Shown here piece by piece: positions 1 to 13,744 of a DNA stretch of 64,000 nt (the stretch's first letter is position 1; each line of letters begins with the position of its first letter). This DNA is from Carcharhinus longimanus. Lineage: Eukaryota. The translations under genes and the position numbers were made by a program. Location of the stretch: assembly GCA_030264375.1 (NCBI GenBank), contig JASCQW010000119.1, forward strand, positions 47,793,418-47,857,417, in the 5' to 3' direction. The notes below the pieces were generated by a model. That model did no database searches, was not told the DNA's origin, and saw only the letters and a list, made by a program, of their open reading frames with translations.

Positions 1-151
1 CACTTTAGGAACTTGCAAGCGGTTATTGGATAGGCATATGGAGCACACCAGAATGATGGGAAGTGGGATAGCTTGATCTTGGGTTCGGGCATAGCTTGGC
101 ACAACATCGAGGGCCGAAGGGCTTATCCTGTGCTGTACTGTTCTATGTTCT
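1..151 (+). mobile_element. CR1-like LINE 3' end with short (TTCTA)-type tail
   Basis: ggcacaacatcgagggccgaagggc...tgtgctgtactgttctatgttcta resembles fish/shark CR1 3' termini; recognised by eye. Confidence 0.65.
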
Positions 152-159
152 AACTGCTC

Positions 160-1875
160 TATTTTTAAAAATGAAACAAACTATTTCCTGCCTGCAAGCT
201 TAGCTCCTCCCATTAAGCACATGACTTTGTCCCTGTCAATCAGCCTTATCAAAACTACTCTGAAATCCATGATATCACCCCTCAGCGTTCTCTGTTTGAA
301 GGAAAACAACCCCAACCTCGTCAATCTCTTCTCACAGCTTCAGTTCTCTTACCCTGGCAGTATTCTAGTTTTATCTTCTCTGCTGTCTTTCCAGAATAAT
401 TGCATCCTTCATATAATGTGGTGATCAGAACTGCATGCAACTCTCCAGTTGTGCCTGCAACAGTATCTTATACAGTTCCACCATTACATCCCTACTTCTG
501 TATTCTGTACTTTGCGAATGAAGGAGAGTATTCCATATGCCACCTTTACAATGTTATCTACCTGTACTGCTACCTGTCAGAATCTGCACACTTGCACACC
601 AACATCTTCCACTTCATCTACCCTCTGAACATATTCCCTTGTATTGTTTGACCTCCCTAAGTGCATTACCTCACACTTATCACAGCTGAACTTCATCTGC
701 CACTTTCCTGCCCACTCCATCAACACATCTACATCATTTTGGAGCTTAGAGCTATCCTCTACACTATCCACTACACAGCCAATTTTTGTCATCTGTAAAT
801 TTCCCAATCATGCCCCCCACATTCAAGTCCAAATCACTGATATATAAAACAAACAGCAGGGATTCCAACACTGAGCCCTGCGGAACACCACTTGAAGCAA
901 CTTTTGATAAGTAAAGGCAGCCGTCGACCATTGCCGTTTGTTTCCTATTACTAAGTCATTTTGGATCCAACTTGCCTTATTATCCTGCATCCTATCGGCT
1001 TTTACTTTTTTGACGTGTCTGCCACATGAGACTTTGTCAAATGCTTTACTAAAATCCATGAAGACAAATAATCATTATACTGTCTTCCTCAATCCTTCTT
1101 GTCACTGCCTCAGAGTTCAATTAAATTTGTACGGCACGACCTTCCCTTAAAACTATGCTGACTATCCCTGACTCGTCCTTGCCATTGTAAGTGACTGTTC
1201 ATCTGATCTCTTTAGATTCTAACAATTTGCCCACTACTGATGTAAGATTAACCAGTCTATAATTATTTGGCATTTTTGTCATACTCTTCTTAAATAATGG
1301 AACCACATTTGCATTCCTCCAGGCCTATAGCACCTTCCCTATGAGCATTATTTTCCAATCTTCACTAGACACAGCATCTGCTATTTCCTCCCTGAACTCC
1401 TTCAACATCCTAGGGGAACAATTCCATCTGGTCCTGGCAACTTATCTGCTTCTAAGTATTCCAACTCCTCCATTTCACACTGCTCCTCTTGGATTGCAAT
1501 GTCTGCATTATCCCTTTACTTAGTGAATACAGAGACTAAAGTAATCATTTAAGCATCTTCCCATATCCTCTGCATCTTCACACAATTTCCCTTCATCTCT
1601 GATAGCCCCACTTTTTCCTCAACTATCCTTTTGCTCTTTATCCACTGGTAAAACATCTTTGGGTTTTCTTTAATCTTGCCTACCAGTATTTTTTCATGTC
1701 CTCTCTTTGATTTCCTTATTTCTTTTTTCACTTGATTCTCATCTCTTCTCAAGTTAGTCCTGTCATCCCCAGAACAAGTCTGGTGAATCTTCGTTGCACT
1801 CCTGTAAAGCAATAACATCCACTTGGAGGTAAGGGGACCAAATCTGCACGCACTACGATATGGATGTCTCATAGA
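160..1875 (-). mobile_element. Degenerate CR1-type LINE ORF2 (reverse transcriptase region)
   Basis: Minus-strand ORF fragments carry RT motifs: DFSKAFDKV (823-1059), TKIG..LQNDVDVLMEWAGKWQMKFSCDKCEVMHLGRSN (577-807), KKEIRKSKRGHEKILVGKIKENPKMFY (1549-1872). Broken by frameshifts and stops. Confidence 0.85.
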
Positions 1876-2129
1876 AGTGTTGTATGTTCTTTGACATCTG
1901 CTAGTTTATTCTCAAACTAACCCTTCTTGTTGTTCTTTCTAATTTCAGTTCTGCCCTGTACTTTTTGTACACAGCTTAGTTCTCTGCAATATGATAAACA
2001 TCAGGTTCCTGAGCTTGTTTTGCGTAACATTTTTAGTCTTTATCTTTCGTCAGCCAGGGAGTTCAAGCTGTGCACAATGCAAAGGGATATGCACATGAAC
2101 CCTAGTTCCTCCGCCCTTCCACACTCTTC

Positions 2130-3710
2130 AGATAGTGCTATTAAGCTTATTTTGCCTCACCCTGTTCCTTCTGCCAAAGTGCAGTAAAGTCTACCTACCC
2201 TCATCTGCCCATTGTACGTGAGTATCCTATGTGCTGTTTGAGTTGATTGGTATCATTTTGCTGCCACTCCATGATTTGCAGTGTAGACGCAGTTTGAAAT
2301 TTGACTCTGAATTCCACTTCATCCAAGTAATTTAGATACAACAAAAAAGCTATGGTACTCACTCTGACCCATGCGAACATCAGTGTCTACCATTCTCCAG
2401 CCTGAAAAGCAATCATTTACTGTGGCTTCCTGTCTTCTGTCCATAAGCCAAATATTTATTGAAGTTGACACTAGCCATGCTGTTTCATGAGCTTCAGATT
2501 TGTTTGCCAGCCTTTTAATGCGGTACTTCGTCAAAATCTTTCTTAAAATCCATACAGATAACATCCATCACATTCCCATCATCAACCTTCTCTGTTGCTT
2601 CATCAAAAAATCAATTAGATTAGTCAAGCAAGGTCTGCCTTTTACAAATCCTTTTGACTTTCTGTTAACTCGAATCACCTAGTTTCTAAAACCTTATCCA
2701 TCACTGATCTTAAACTGATCAGCCTGTAATTACTGGTATGTCCTTGCACGTTTTCTTGAGTGTCACTTTTGCCTCATTTCACTCTTCTGGCACCTCCCCC
2801 ATATTTCAAAAAATTTGTAAAATCATGGTAAGCCTTTCCACTCCCCATTCCCCACTCCCGTGAACAACTTGAATGCAAACCATCCAGGCTGATCTATTTA
2901 TCCACTCAAAGCATAACCAGCCTTTCTAATATTTTGCATCTATCAATTTTCATCATCCAATCCATTTATCTATAACATCACGATTTATCAACAGCTGTTC
3001 CTCTATAAACACTGATTAAAATACTCACTCGAATCTTGGCATGCACCTTGACCTCCCCTTCCTTTCCCTCCTGTTACATTATGTATCTGGCTTGTGCTTG
3101 AAGAATGTCTTCCTTTATAGATCATTGTTATTTTACAGTTTTTCCTGTAAGTCTCCGTTTGTATTTTACCATGGTTCGGTCCCCCCCTCATCCCACCAAA
3201 ATTAACCCTCTTCCAATTTAGTCATTTTCCTTTCAACTTTTCCTTGCTTTTCATTACTAGTTTTAAATGTAATGATCACTGTCCCCCACAGACACTTGTC
3301 CCATCTCATTTCCCAGCACCAGATCCAGCAATATACTTCAGTTAGACTAAGAACAAACTGATTTAAGGAACTTCTGTTGAACACATTTCAGAAATTCCTC
3401 CCTTTTCCTTTTTGTTATCCCTTGCTAAGGTCTACCTTTATGGTCTTACACTAGAGAATTTTCACAGGAAGTATACAACGAGGTGTGGTCAATCCCAATC
3501 CATGTTTTGGATAATTCTTCCAGATTTCAAATCCCCTGATTTCACCACTCTATTTTTATACATCCATGATTTCCCTGCTGCTTTGTTTCTCCATCTCTTA
3601 CTACTTCGAGGCTTAGAGAATACTGCCAGTAGTGTGACCATACTTTTCTCTTGCTTCTCAATTCCAATCAAATGGATTCTGTCCTTGCTTCTTAAGGATA
3701 TCCTCTTTGA
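2130..3710 (-). mobile_element. Second, older degenerate CR1-type LINE ORF2 fragment (endonuclease to RT)
   Basis: Minus-strand fragments WLMDRRQEATVNDCFSGWRMV (2319-2564) and GDLKSGRIIQNMDWD (3489-3671) resemble CR1 RT and APE regions; many disablements. Confidence 0.65.
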
Positions 3711-3714
3711 ACTA

Positions 3715-5039
3715 TGTTTTTGAGAATTGGCACTTATTTTGTTCCTAACTATTCTGCTGCGACTGACTAGTATAAGCCCTCACTTAAAGTTGTAGTTACA
3801 TTTCTTGACTGTGCAACTTTAAGCACAACAACTGTAAGCAATCTGATTTTCCCACTCAATTCAATGTAAAAGCTATAGTTAAGAGTTTTCTCTTTAGGGA
3901 AAACAATTATACACTCTTCCAATCCTATTGGGGAGCGCTAACATTTAAAGAAATCTGGACTACCAGTTAATTGACAGAATTATGCCACAACATTTCACTT
4001 TTTTAGACACAAACTTTATTACATATTTAAGAGAAATTAAACTAAGTACTATTATAAGACTTATGCTATAAATGCAGATCGACTTAAATCCCTACCCCCA
4101 CCCTATTGCCAAGAGCTCCCTCATGTTACAAAGTCTTGAAGGTTCATTCACTTGCCCTGGAGCCAAGCCAAAGGTAAGCCACAGCCCTCTGGAATTTGCT
4201 TAATTCTCCTTAGTATTCCAGCTATTCTCCCAAGTACCAATTACACGGGGATCATTCTATGAGCTTTTGGCTCAAAAATCCTTCAGTTTCCTTTGAAGAC
4301 CTCATGACTTGGACCCTTCGACTCCTTATCCTGGTTTTGGATATCCATTGACTGTTTTTGTTTCTCTGAGTCTGTTCCCACATTTTCTGTATAACTCTTT
4401 AACTCAACTGTTTTAGCTGATTTCTTTCTGCCACAAGGCTTTGTGAGAACCACTGTACGTTCTTCAACTAGTTGCAAACTATAACAAATCTTCCCACTGC
4501 TTTTTCTGTGAAACCTCAACTGAGCTCTCTGCTTCCGTCAACGAACACAGACAACCTGAACGCAAGAACCTGTCACCCCATTATTGCATCTCCATGGCTC
4601 TTCGATGCTCTCAAACAAAAATGTAAATGAATCATCATCTGCGCTGCTCTGATTCTGTAACCCCTATGAGTAATATATATATTGCTAATAGTGTTTTACA
4701 ACCCACTGTCAGAATTGCTGGATCTGTTAAAGAACTTTCTTGATTGCCTTTTCCGTAGAAGACCACCCATTGNNNNNNNNNNNNNNNNNNNNNNNNNNNN
4801 NNNNNNNNNNNNNNNNNNNNNNNNNNNNNNNNNNNNNNNNNNNNNNNNNNNNNNNNNNNNNNNNNNNNNNNNTATTGCTTTTGCACCTCAATCCATGACT
4901 GTGTAAGATCAACATCGGTTAACTTTTAACATTCCAAGCTTGTTTGAATTGCATATGCTTAGCAGTTTCTCAATCAGGTTCCCCAGTTATCTACAATTAA
5001 TACTTTTAAATTCCTAACTAAAGTTTATATTCCAGAACA
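3715..5039 (-). mobile_element. Possible solo LTR-like element (contains an N gap)
   Basis: Bounded by TGTT...AACA, with a minus-strand AATAAA (tttatt at ~4015) and no coding potential. No clear TSD, so this is tentative. Confidence 0.3.
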
Positions 5040-5271
5040 CATGAATCATGGACTAGATATTCACAATAATTAAGTTGAAATACTTTGCTAACTTCCTGTA
5101 TCTGTACATGAAGTAACGTTCAAAACAAAATAAATTAGATTAAAGAGAAATGCTGACTCTTTCTACTTATCCTCCTGTTTGCTGCTGCTTCTACTCTTCG
5201 ACCATTGCTGTGACCACCAATCCTGCTCACTGACCCTCTGGCTCCACCACACGCCTTGCTACCCCGACCCG

Positions 5272-5309
<38 letters not shown>

Positions 5310-5317
5310 CTCCCTCC
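5272..5317. repeat. Poly(C) homopolymer (~35 nt) followed by (CCCT)n
   Basis: Seen directly; the length may be unreliable in the assembly. Confidence 0.9.
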
Positions 5318-5801
5318 CTGAATCTTAGCTGTTGGTGAGGCAGGCCTCATTAACTGACATTCAAGTGGGATGACGTAAAACATTGAACCACTTATAACAG
5401 GGACTTACTGTATTATCAAACACACTCACTCCTTATACATCTAATTCTTTTCTATTTCTACATGCTGATGTCCACCACTCACCAATTTAGATAAAATTTT
5501 AAGAGCTTACTGATTTGACGCAGTGCTGCAGCCTGATAGGGGATTGATGCATCAATCCATGGAACGGAAGTAGGTTGCATAGTTTGCTTTATTTTAATTC
5601 TAAGGCACTTGGAGCTGCATATCAGATTGGTGGATGTCTGAAACTGATCATCAGTCCATTTTGTCCAGGAAAACTGCCTGCTGCGGGTTGGTGTCATGAA
5701 AGGAAATGGGTTCAAATCAAATTTTGTCAGGAGCTAAACTTTAAAAATCTCACAGCCAGTTTGTGTCTTAGTAAGATTTTTTGCCTTACCGATTATAATG
5801 A

Positions 5802-6032
<231 letters not shown>

Positions 6033-6526
6033 TAATACGCTTTTATTTAAAGGCAAATTGCGATGAGTGGAAAGACAAAAGCAGATAAATTAGAAATGTT
6101 TGACTCTTCCTCATTCTGGATGATAGCTAATTTGGAGACATCTTTAGTGCCTCTAACCAGTGTATTGATTCTGACTCGCTTGCTGCTGCTCATGGTGTAA
6201 CCTTTAATTTTATTTTGTGTGTGGGATGGAGAAACAGAATTGATGTTTCAGGTCAAAGGCTTTCATCAAATGATTGACCTGAAAACTATCTTTTTTCCCT
6301 TGACAGCACCTGTTTGGCTGATGGAAACATTTTCAGCATTTTTGGTTTTTTGTGGATTTTTTGCTCTTTTTAAAATGTTTTATCTGCAAGAACCAACATT
6401 TGTGAGCCCAAACAGATTTACTCACGCTGAGCTTATTTATTAATGTTTTTTAATGGAAATTAGCTTAGGAGTACATTAGCTTTGACTGGTGTACAAAATA
6501 CTGCTAATTCTATAACATTTTCTCTA

Positions 6527-6880
6527 CGTTGGTCGCCGCACTTGCGCAAGGATATCTTGGCCTTGGAGGGAGTGCAGAGGAGGTTCACTAGGCTGATATT
6601 GGAGATGAGGGGGTTGGACTATGAAGAGAGGCTGAATAGACTGGGTCTGTACTCGTTGGAGTTTAGAAGGATGAGGNNNNNNNNNNNNNNNNNNNNNNNN
6701 NNNNNNNNNNNNNNNNNNNNNNNNNNNNNNNNNNNNNNNNNNNNNNNNNNNNNNNNNNNNNNNNNNNNNNNNNNNNATCTACTTCAGATCAGCCATGATC
6801 TTATTGAATGGCGGGGCAGGCTCGAAGGGCTAGATGGCCTACTCCTGCTCCTACTAATGTCCTTATGTTCTTACGTTCTG
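6527..6880 (+). mobile_element. Young CR1 LINE 3' fragment (central N gap)
   Basis: WSPHLRKDILALEGVQRRFTRLI..GLDYEERLNRLGLYSLEFRRMR (RT C-terminus), then 3' UTR cagatcagccatgatcttattgaatggcggggcaggctcgaagggc and an (ttatgttc)-type tail. Confidence 0.9.
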
Positions 6881-7574
6881 ATGATTTTTGAGGTTAGATG
6901 TTTAAAATACACGATTTTGACGCTTAATTTCAGCACTCCTCGAATACCTTAATGTCAAAAGGTTCAGAACAACAATAGCCATGTATCCCACCACTTACTG
7001 AGATTTGATTGGGATGTTAGTATTTCGCCACAAGTGTTTAAGACTTACTGTTGTTCTGGATGTCCTTTTTAACTGTATTGCTAAATCTGACCCAGTTGAT
7101 TGAAATAACTCTTTTTTTTTTCTAATCTGAAACATCTGAGCAATGCTGTAACACTATTTTGAAAACGCTGTGTTTGCAAAATTACTTGCAAATCTCGTAG
7201 ATTATACTTGCTGCAATATTATGGCATGTGATGAGCTGTTGAATATATTGATTAGAATGTACACATGGCATCTATTTACATGTTCTATTTTCATAATTCC
7301 CTAATGGGTACCATTTCACCCCACAAACTGTCCTTGAGACATTGAGAAGTGGAAGGCATTTTGGTTTGTTTTGCTTTTCATTGATCACAAAGACTCAGTA
7401 CAAGTTAAACCTATAGAATATATGTTCAAACAGTTCTATCTTGTGGTTCAGTACACAAAGTACACAATGGCTGGGAATAAAAATCTCTCCCAATGTTGAT
7501 CGAGTGGAAAAGAGGAAACTTGCAGGGAAGAAATCTAACACATTTGTTGGTATTTGATTGACACTGTATTTATT

Positions 7575-7860
7575 TTTATTTATTAGTGTCACAAGTAGGC
7601 TTGTATTAATATTGCAATGAAATTACTGTGAAAATGCCCTAGTCAACGCACTCCGCCTGTTCGGGTACACTGACGGAGAATTTAGCATGTCCAAGGTACC
7701 TAACCAACACGTCTTTCGGACTGTGGGAGGAAACTGGAGGAAACCCATGCAGACATAGAGAGAATATGCAGACTCTGCACGGTGGTCCAAGCCAGGAATT
7801 GAACTCTGATCCCTGGTGCTGTGAAGCAGCAGTGCTAACCACTGTGCCACCGTGCTACCG
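7575..7860 (-). mobile_element. tRNA-derived SINE (HE1/V-SINE-like shark family)
   Basis: Minus strand reads gcacggtggcacagtggttagcactgctgcttcacagcaccaggga..gagttcaattcc (Pol III A and B boxes), with a V-domain-like core. Related copies occur elsewhere in the window. Confidence 0.85.
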
Positions 7861-8253
7861 TTGCCACAGACCCACATAAGTACTTTAATTAGCAACTGGT
7901 GATGAGAGAACCTGGTTACATAACTCTGAATTTGAGGTGCTGTTGTTTAGCAAGCTCCTATGTGCAAGTACTTCCACTGCATGAAGGCTTATGTCCACCA
8001 TGTAGTGAATGTGGAAACTCTGAAACCTGTGATGGTGTTCTTGGAAGTTAGAGCAGGACATTTAGCCCCTCAGAGCTGCTCAGCCATTGAATTATACCAT
8101 GGCTAATCTATTTCTTAACTCTATTCATCCACTGTAGCTCCATATTCCTTATGTTCTTGCAAGCAAAATTGATTTCCAATTTAAAATTAATTGAGGTAGC
8201 ATCTATATCTTTTTGTGGGAATGAGATCCATGCTTCTGCCACATTTTGAAGTT

Positions 8254-8545
8254 GAGTTGAGGGGGTTGAATTATGAAGAGAGGCTGAATAGACTGGGCTT
8301 GTACTCGTTGGAGTTTAGAAGGATGANNNNNNNNNNNNNNNNNNNNNNNNNNNNNNNNNNNNNNNNNNNNNNNNNNNNNNNNNNNNNNNNNNNNNNNNNN
8401 NNNNNNNNNNNNNNNNNNNNNNNNNNAAGCGGGAAAGTGGAACTGAGCCACTTCAGATCAGCCATGATCTTATTGAATGGCAGGGCAGGCTCGAGGGGCT
8501 AGACGGACTACTCCTGCTCCTATTTCTTATGTTCTTATGTTCTTA
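8254..8545 (+). mobile_element. Young CR1 LINE 3' fragment, same family as 6527-6880
   Basis: GLNYEERLNRLGLYSLEFRRM, near-identical 3' UTR and (ttatgttc)n tail; inserted into an older minus-strand LINE remnant (~8050-9290). Confidence 0.88.
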
Positions 8546-9294
8546 AGTATTTCCTAACTTCTCTCCTGAATGGTTTGGCTTTGCTGTTTGTTCCTTTGTC
8601 CTTGCTTCCCCATTCAGCCGAAAAAGATTATCTTCATCTACCCTATCAATATTTTCACTTTCTTTCCATATCTGAACCTCAATCAAATCCTCTTTTGACC
8701 TCCCAAGTGCTAGAAATACCACCTGAATTTATGGTTCTGGTGAAAGATCATTAACTTGAAGTGGTAACTGTTTCTCTCTCCAGAAATGCTATGAATAGTT
8801 ATAGTATTTACTGTCTTATTCTCAATTTATATAACATTTTCTCATGATCTAACCCTTGAAACTGCGATAACATTCCGGTAAACGTATGCTGCAGTCCTTC
8901 CAAGGCCCATATGTCCTGTGTCATGTTCTGTGCCCAGAACTGTACAGAGTATGCCGGCTGTGATCTAACCAGGGCTTAGTGCAACTTCAGCAAAACTTTC
9001 TCCCCTTTTATATTCTAGCCCTCCATTTACAAAGGATGGTGTTTTACCATTTATGAGCTACCCTTTTCTATCCTCCTTGGGTTTGTAGTGTATGACCTCA
9101 CATTTGAATCTCTTGAAATCAGTTTGTTAAAATTTTGCCCAGTTAATCTATATGTCTTTGCAATGTCAGGCTTCCATCTAATTGTGCTAACAGCAAATTT
9201 AGCTATGAGTTTCTAGCCCAGCATCCAAATTGTTAGTAATACCATGCATGGTTGGGACTCTTGATACTGACCCTTACAGGATACCATGAGTCAC

Positions 9295-9602
9295 TATAAA
9301 TCTCGTTCAGCCCTACAACCCTCTGGGATACCTGTGCTCATCCAAATTCTTGAGCATCCCTGATTTTAATGGATCCACCATTGATGGCCGTGCTATCAGC
9401 TGCCTAGCTCAAGACTCTGGAATTAACTCCCCTCTGCCTCTCCAGCTCTTCACTCCCTCGAAACCTATTTCTTTGAGCATGCTTTGGAATGCTGCCCAAT
9501 ATGGCACTGTGGTTTGGTGCCCAGTTTTGCTTTCCTACACTCCTGTGAAGTGCCTTAGGATGTTTTATCGTATTAAAGGTGCAATCTAAATACAAGTTGT
9601 TC
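9295..9602 (+). mobile_element. L2-like LINE 3' end
   Basis: Ends ctcctgtgaagtgccttaggatgttttatcgtattaaaggtgcaatctaaatacaagttgt, similar to the tails at ~38600 and ~48805. Confidence 0.6.
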
Positions 9603-9774
9603 TTGTACTTATTTGGAGGCTATATATTCAGTACTCACTGTCTTTCATTACTGAGCAGGAGAATGAAACAATCGTATTTTGATCAAATGTATATCCATTC
9701 GAATAATCAGGACAGTGCAGTCAAAATATTGTTATTCTGTTTATCATACCTTCTTGAGGAGCACCTAATATATT

Positions 9775-10170
9775 AATGAGTTAAGAGTTATGTGGAAATA
9801 TTGACATACTAAGCCTGAATCCTTTGGCATTTAGAAGAGTGAGGTGATTTTATTGAAACATATAAGATCCTTAGCAGACTTGACAAAGTGGATGATGAAA
9901 GGTTGTTTCTTTTGTGGGAGAGACGAGAATTTGAAGATTCGCTTTAAGGTGTGTCTCATTTAAGATTGAGACAAGGTGAAATATTTTGAGTATCCATGAC
10001 CTCAGCAAGCAGTGGAGGCTGAGCCATTGAACTTCTTAAGACACAGCAAGAGACATTCTTAACTCCTAAGGGGGTCACAAATTATCAGGGGTAAACAGAC
10101 TTGTGGAGTTGAAGTCATAATCAGATTAGCCATACTATTGAATGGTGGAGCAGGCCCTTTAATTTGTATG
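9775..10170 (+). mobile_element. Old CR1 LINE 3' fragment
   Basis: Degenerate match to the CR1 3' region (tttagaagagtgaggtgattttattgaaacatataagatcc...cagattagccatactattgaatggtggagcagg). Confidence 0.6.
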
Positions 10171-13100
10171 TTGGTATTTGTTGCATGTCCAGTGAGGAAT
10201 TTAACTGCATTTATTTGTTGTTTAATAACAAACGGGAGAGGTGTGAGGTCTTTCTGTGGCCAAGATGGCTGTACTACACCTGTTTGATATTGGAAGTTTG
10301 AAACTATGTTAACACTCTGCAGACTGATTTCTGACCATTCTGTGTGGATTTGATTCTTTGAAATATGTGTTCGTGTTTTTCTGTATGGCAGCCAGAAGGG
10401 GTTGAATATGGAAGTATGGGACCAAATATAAAATTGTTATGCTTGCTTCTAGAACAGTTACACAGGAATTTTACCACTTTTATGTAGCACATGAGCCATG
10501 TTTTTGCCAGATTTGTTACGAATGTGAAAGATCAGGCTGTTGATCTTTGCTACTGGGACAAGTTTTACTTGTACTTGTTGCATGCTGCCAGAGATCTACT
10601 CATTGGGAAGTGCCTCAATATATAAAAAGCTGTTTCTGATTGGGTAGCTCTCCATGTAGAGGTCAGGTTGAAAATGTGACTAGTCTTTGTTCATTCTGAC
10701 TTTGTTATATGTTGGTATACCAGATAAAGTTAACTAGCTTGCTAGCTGGTGGATCCTGTACAGATCAGTGCATTGCAAGGTGTTTTCTTTCTTCAGAAAA
10801 AATAATTTGTGTTCAAGTAAAATAAGAAATCTGCTGCTCAATTGGGCAAGAATAGAGAAATACCACGAGCTGGATAGTTCTTTGAAAGCTTGGTACAGGC
10901 AGGAATGATTGAATAGCCTGCTATGTGCTCTAATTCAACGAAGGTGTAAGCTTCATAGTCCATTTGTGTTTAATGAGATTGAACAGAAGAATTCCGCTTG
11001 TGCGTAGATGTAACCAAATAAAAGGTAACATGCCAGATAGTTTAAACCTGCTTAGTTTGTATAACCTATCCCAATTTTAATGTGTTTTGGAGGCATATTC
11101 TGAGTTTGAAAAGCCATTGCATTCAAGTTTAATAATTTTGCTTTGATATTTCAGTTTAATTTTGAGAATCATGAAAATGCAAGTGCTGCAGGGCTAATGC
11201 AAAAGTGGTGTTCTGATGAGATCTTCAGTTTCTTTTAGTGAATGGTAGACAGATGGTGTCAAGTGGGAACATGTTATAAAAGATGTGAGCTGTTTCAGAT
11301 GTGGACTGCTCAGCATTCTTCAGAAACCTTAATCTATGTTAATGTTATATGTGAGTCTTTTAGCTGGCTGCCTAATATTTTCTCAATTGTGATTTTTTTT
11401 TTCGTAGGATTCTCATTTTTGCTTCTGAAAAGTTCTGTTTTATAATCTGCTTTTTGTGGTTTTGGTATTGAGCACAATAAAAATTTAATCCAGTTCAGCT
11501 GTACCTCTTGATGTCCCTAGGAGTGGAAAAGCCAGATTCCTGCCTTTGATATTTCTCAGCAGATGAATTGCCAATCTTAGTTGTGCCATGTGAGGTTGGA
11601 TTTCTCTATAGGGGGAAAAGAAAGGAAGTAACATTAGAGGAAGTCACTATGGATTGCTTTGTGTATGTCTTTAGGAGTTGGCTGGAACTGCTTAGGAATA
11701 GGTTTGGAAACAAGTTACATGCTCTTTGCCAGAGAATTAATGAATACTTTGAGCACATTAAGAAGAGGGGAGGGAGATCTGATAGCAAGAAGCAGAATAA
11801 GAATTTTTTATGTTCAGCTATGTTACATTGGTCACATTATGTAATTACAAAGTCAACCATTGCACTTGATTTTAAAATGAAGAACTTAAGCGTACATATG
11901 GGGATGTTTTGTTTTCATCTTGTATGCACAAGACACTGCTGACAATTAATTGAATGCAGCAGGAGTAAACTTGACACTCGTACTTTATGTTGGGTGAGCA
12001 TATTCAAAGTTTTTAAAGTCCTGAACTTGAACAAGAATCCCTTAATAGAATTTGTGAAAATTTAATTGGGTAATATTCAATGTAAATTAATTTGAGCAAT
12101 GCACGATTCCAATGTCAATTTTTGTCTCAAATGGTGGGTGATGGCTAGTTCTATCTATGAATCGGAATAACATGGTTGGTGAATGAAGTGGTGTATGATA
12201 CGCAGACCAGTGGGTGGCACTGTGATCTGTGGCAAAACCTAAGTTTAGAATTCATGAGATGTATTAATTGTGAAATCTGAAGTGAAAGAGGTTTTTATTC
12301 CCCTCCTCCATAAGGGGTTTCTGTTCTGCTAGTTACTTGAATAAATATTCTCCCTTTTCTTGGAGACCAATTATTTACTTTCACATTTTCTAGATCCTTT
12401 GGCACCGTACAGTACTCGTTGAAGTGCTTTCTAAATCTACACCATTGTGTGTTAACAATACTAGGATATTCCTCATAATGAAAGCCCAGTTATTCCTCAT
12501 GAATGCCCAGTCATTTGTTTAAATTTGTAAGAATGACACACAGACATAGGGAGATGTAGCTAAGCTGCAGCCTTCAAATGACGAAAAAAAATCTGCCAAT
12601 GGAAAGGAGTGGGCAATTGTGAGAAGCCCTGCACACTACCCAGTTTACTTGAACAGATGTTTACACTGTGTGTCACAGATGCTTTAGTAGAAGACTTAAC
12701 TATTTACTTACCTGGTCAGATTGGCACGTGTTGAACGGTAACGTAACTATAGATTAATTTTAATTACCCATATTTTCACCACTGTTTATTTCTCTTGTGA
12801 TCAAGCTTAGCTGCGGGCTCCACAATGGATAGTAGATTTGTGAGCTTATTTCTACATTTTTTTTTGAGCTCCGTCCTCTGTACTTTAAAGAAATCTATTC
12901 ACGTAAGGTGCTGATTTGTACATGTAAAGTGCTCTGCTTCTCTCACACCACTACCCCCAAGTTCAAAATGCTTTCACAACTGATCTGTTCATACTTGACG
13001 CCCATGTGCGTACACTTTGGAGGGTAGATGGATATTAATTACAAGTAAGAACCCCAGCTCTTCAAAACTGCTAAGGAGAAACTAACACCCATCACCAGCC

Positions 13101-13647
13101 TTGCTAAGTTCAGGTAGTTTACACCAACAGGACTTAAACCTGGAACCTTGTTGATTTTTATTTAAGCTTAACTAATCACTGATTAAATTTTCTAAATTTT
13201 ATTAACCAGCAGTGTTGGAAGGTTCCATGCATACTTGTTCATGAACTTTTGGGGAAGAAGCTGAAAGTTGTGGTTTGAAAATTCAAAGCTACATCTAAAT
13301 TTTATGCACCATTTCTATGGAAAGGGAGGAAGAAATTTTCTTGCACCAACAAACATGCATTTATTCAAGTTTGTTATGGTTGACCAAAAGCTTGGACTGA
13401 TTTTGATGGCTTTCAATTGATTGTGACTGTTTCAATCTTTAATGCACATGTATCACTGTTAAAGAAATTTGCAATATCCATCTTTTATGTGCGGCTGTTA
13501 GCTAGTAATAAATATACAACCAGAGTGAGCTGCCTTTTTGTCGATTTTGAAAGCTTGTATTTCAGTGTGAGATTTTAAGTACCTGGAAGAAGTACCCCAG
13601 TTTTTGCACTATATTTTAATGGAATTTGTTTCCTTTTACCCTTCTAG

Positions 13648-13744
13648 GTTGGTACTGATGGTATAATGCGTCTCAGCAGTTCAGCCCTAAATAATGAGTT
13701 CTTCACCTCTGCTGCTCAGGGGTGGAAGGAGCGATTAGCAGAAG
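13648..13744 (+). CDS. ASXL1: ASXL1 coding exon (DEUBAD, NEF motif)
   Basis: Polypyrimidine tract, then tag|GTT GGT ACT...GCA GAA G|gtaaaa; 97 nt. Encodes [32 protein letters not shown](G); phases fit the flanking exons. Confidence 0.96.

Noticed and set aside
6230-6355. Active hammerhead ribozymes in decayed Penelope-like remnants (also ~8735-8820, ~15000-15090, ~23075-23180)
   Set aside because: The CUGANGA/GAAA cores are mutated or missing in these copies.
7575-7860. tRNA genes suggested by A/B boxes (several loci)
   Set aside because: They continue into SINE bodies and tails and lack full cloverleaves.
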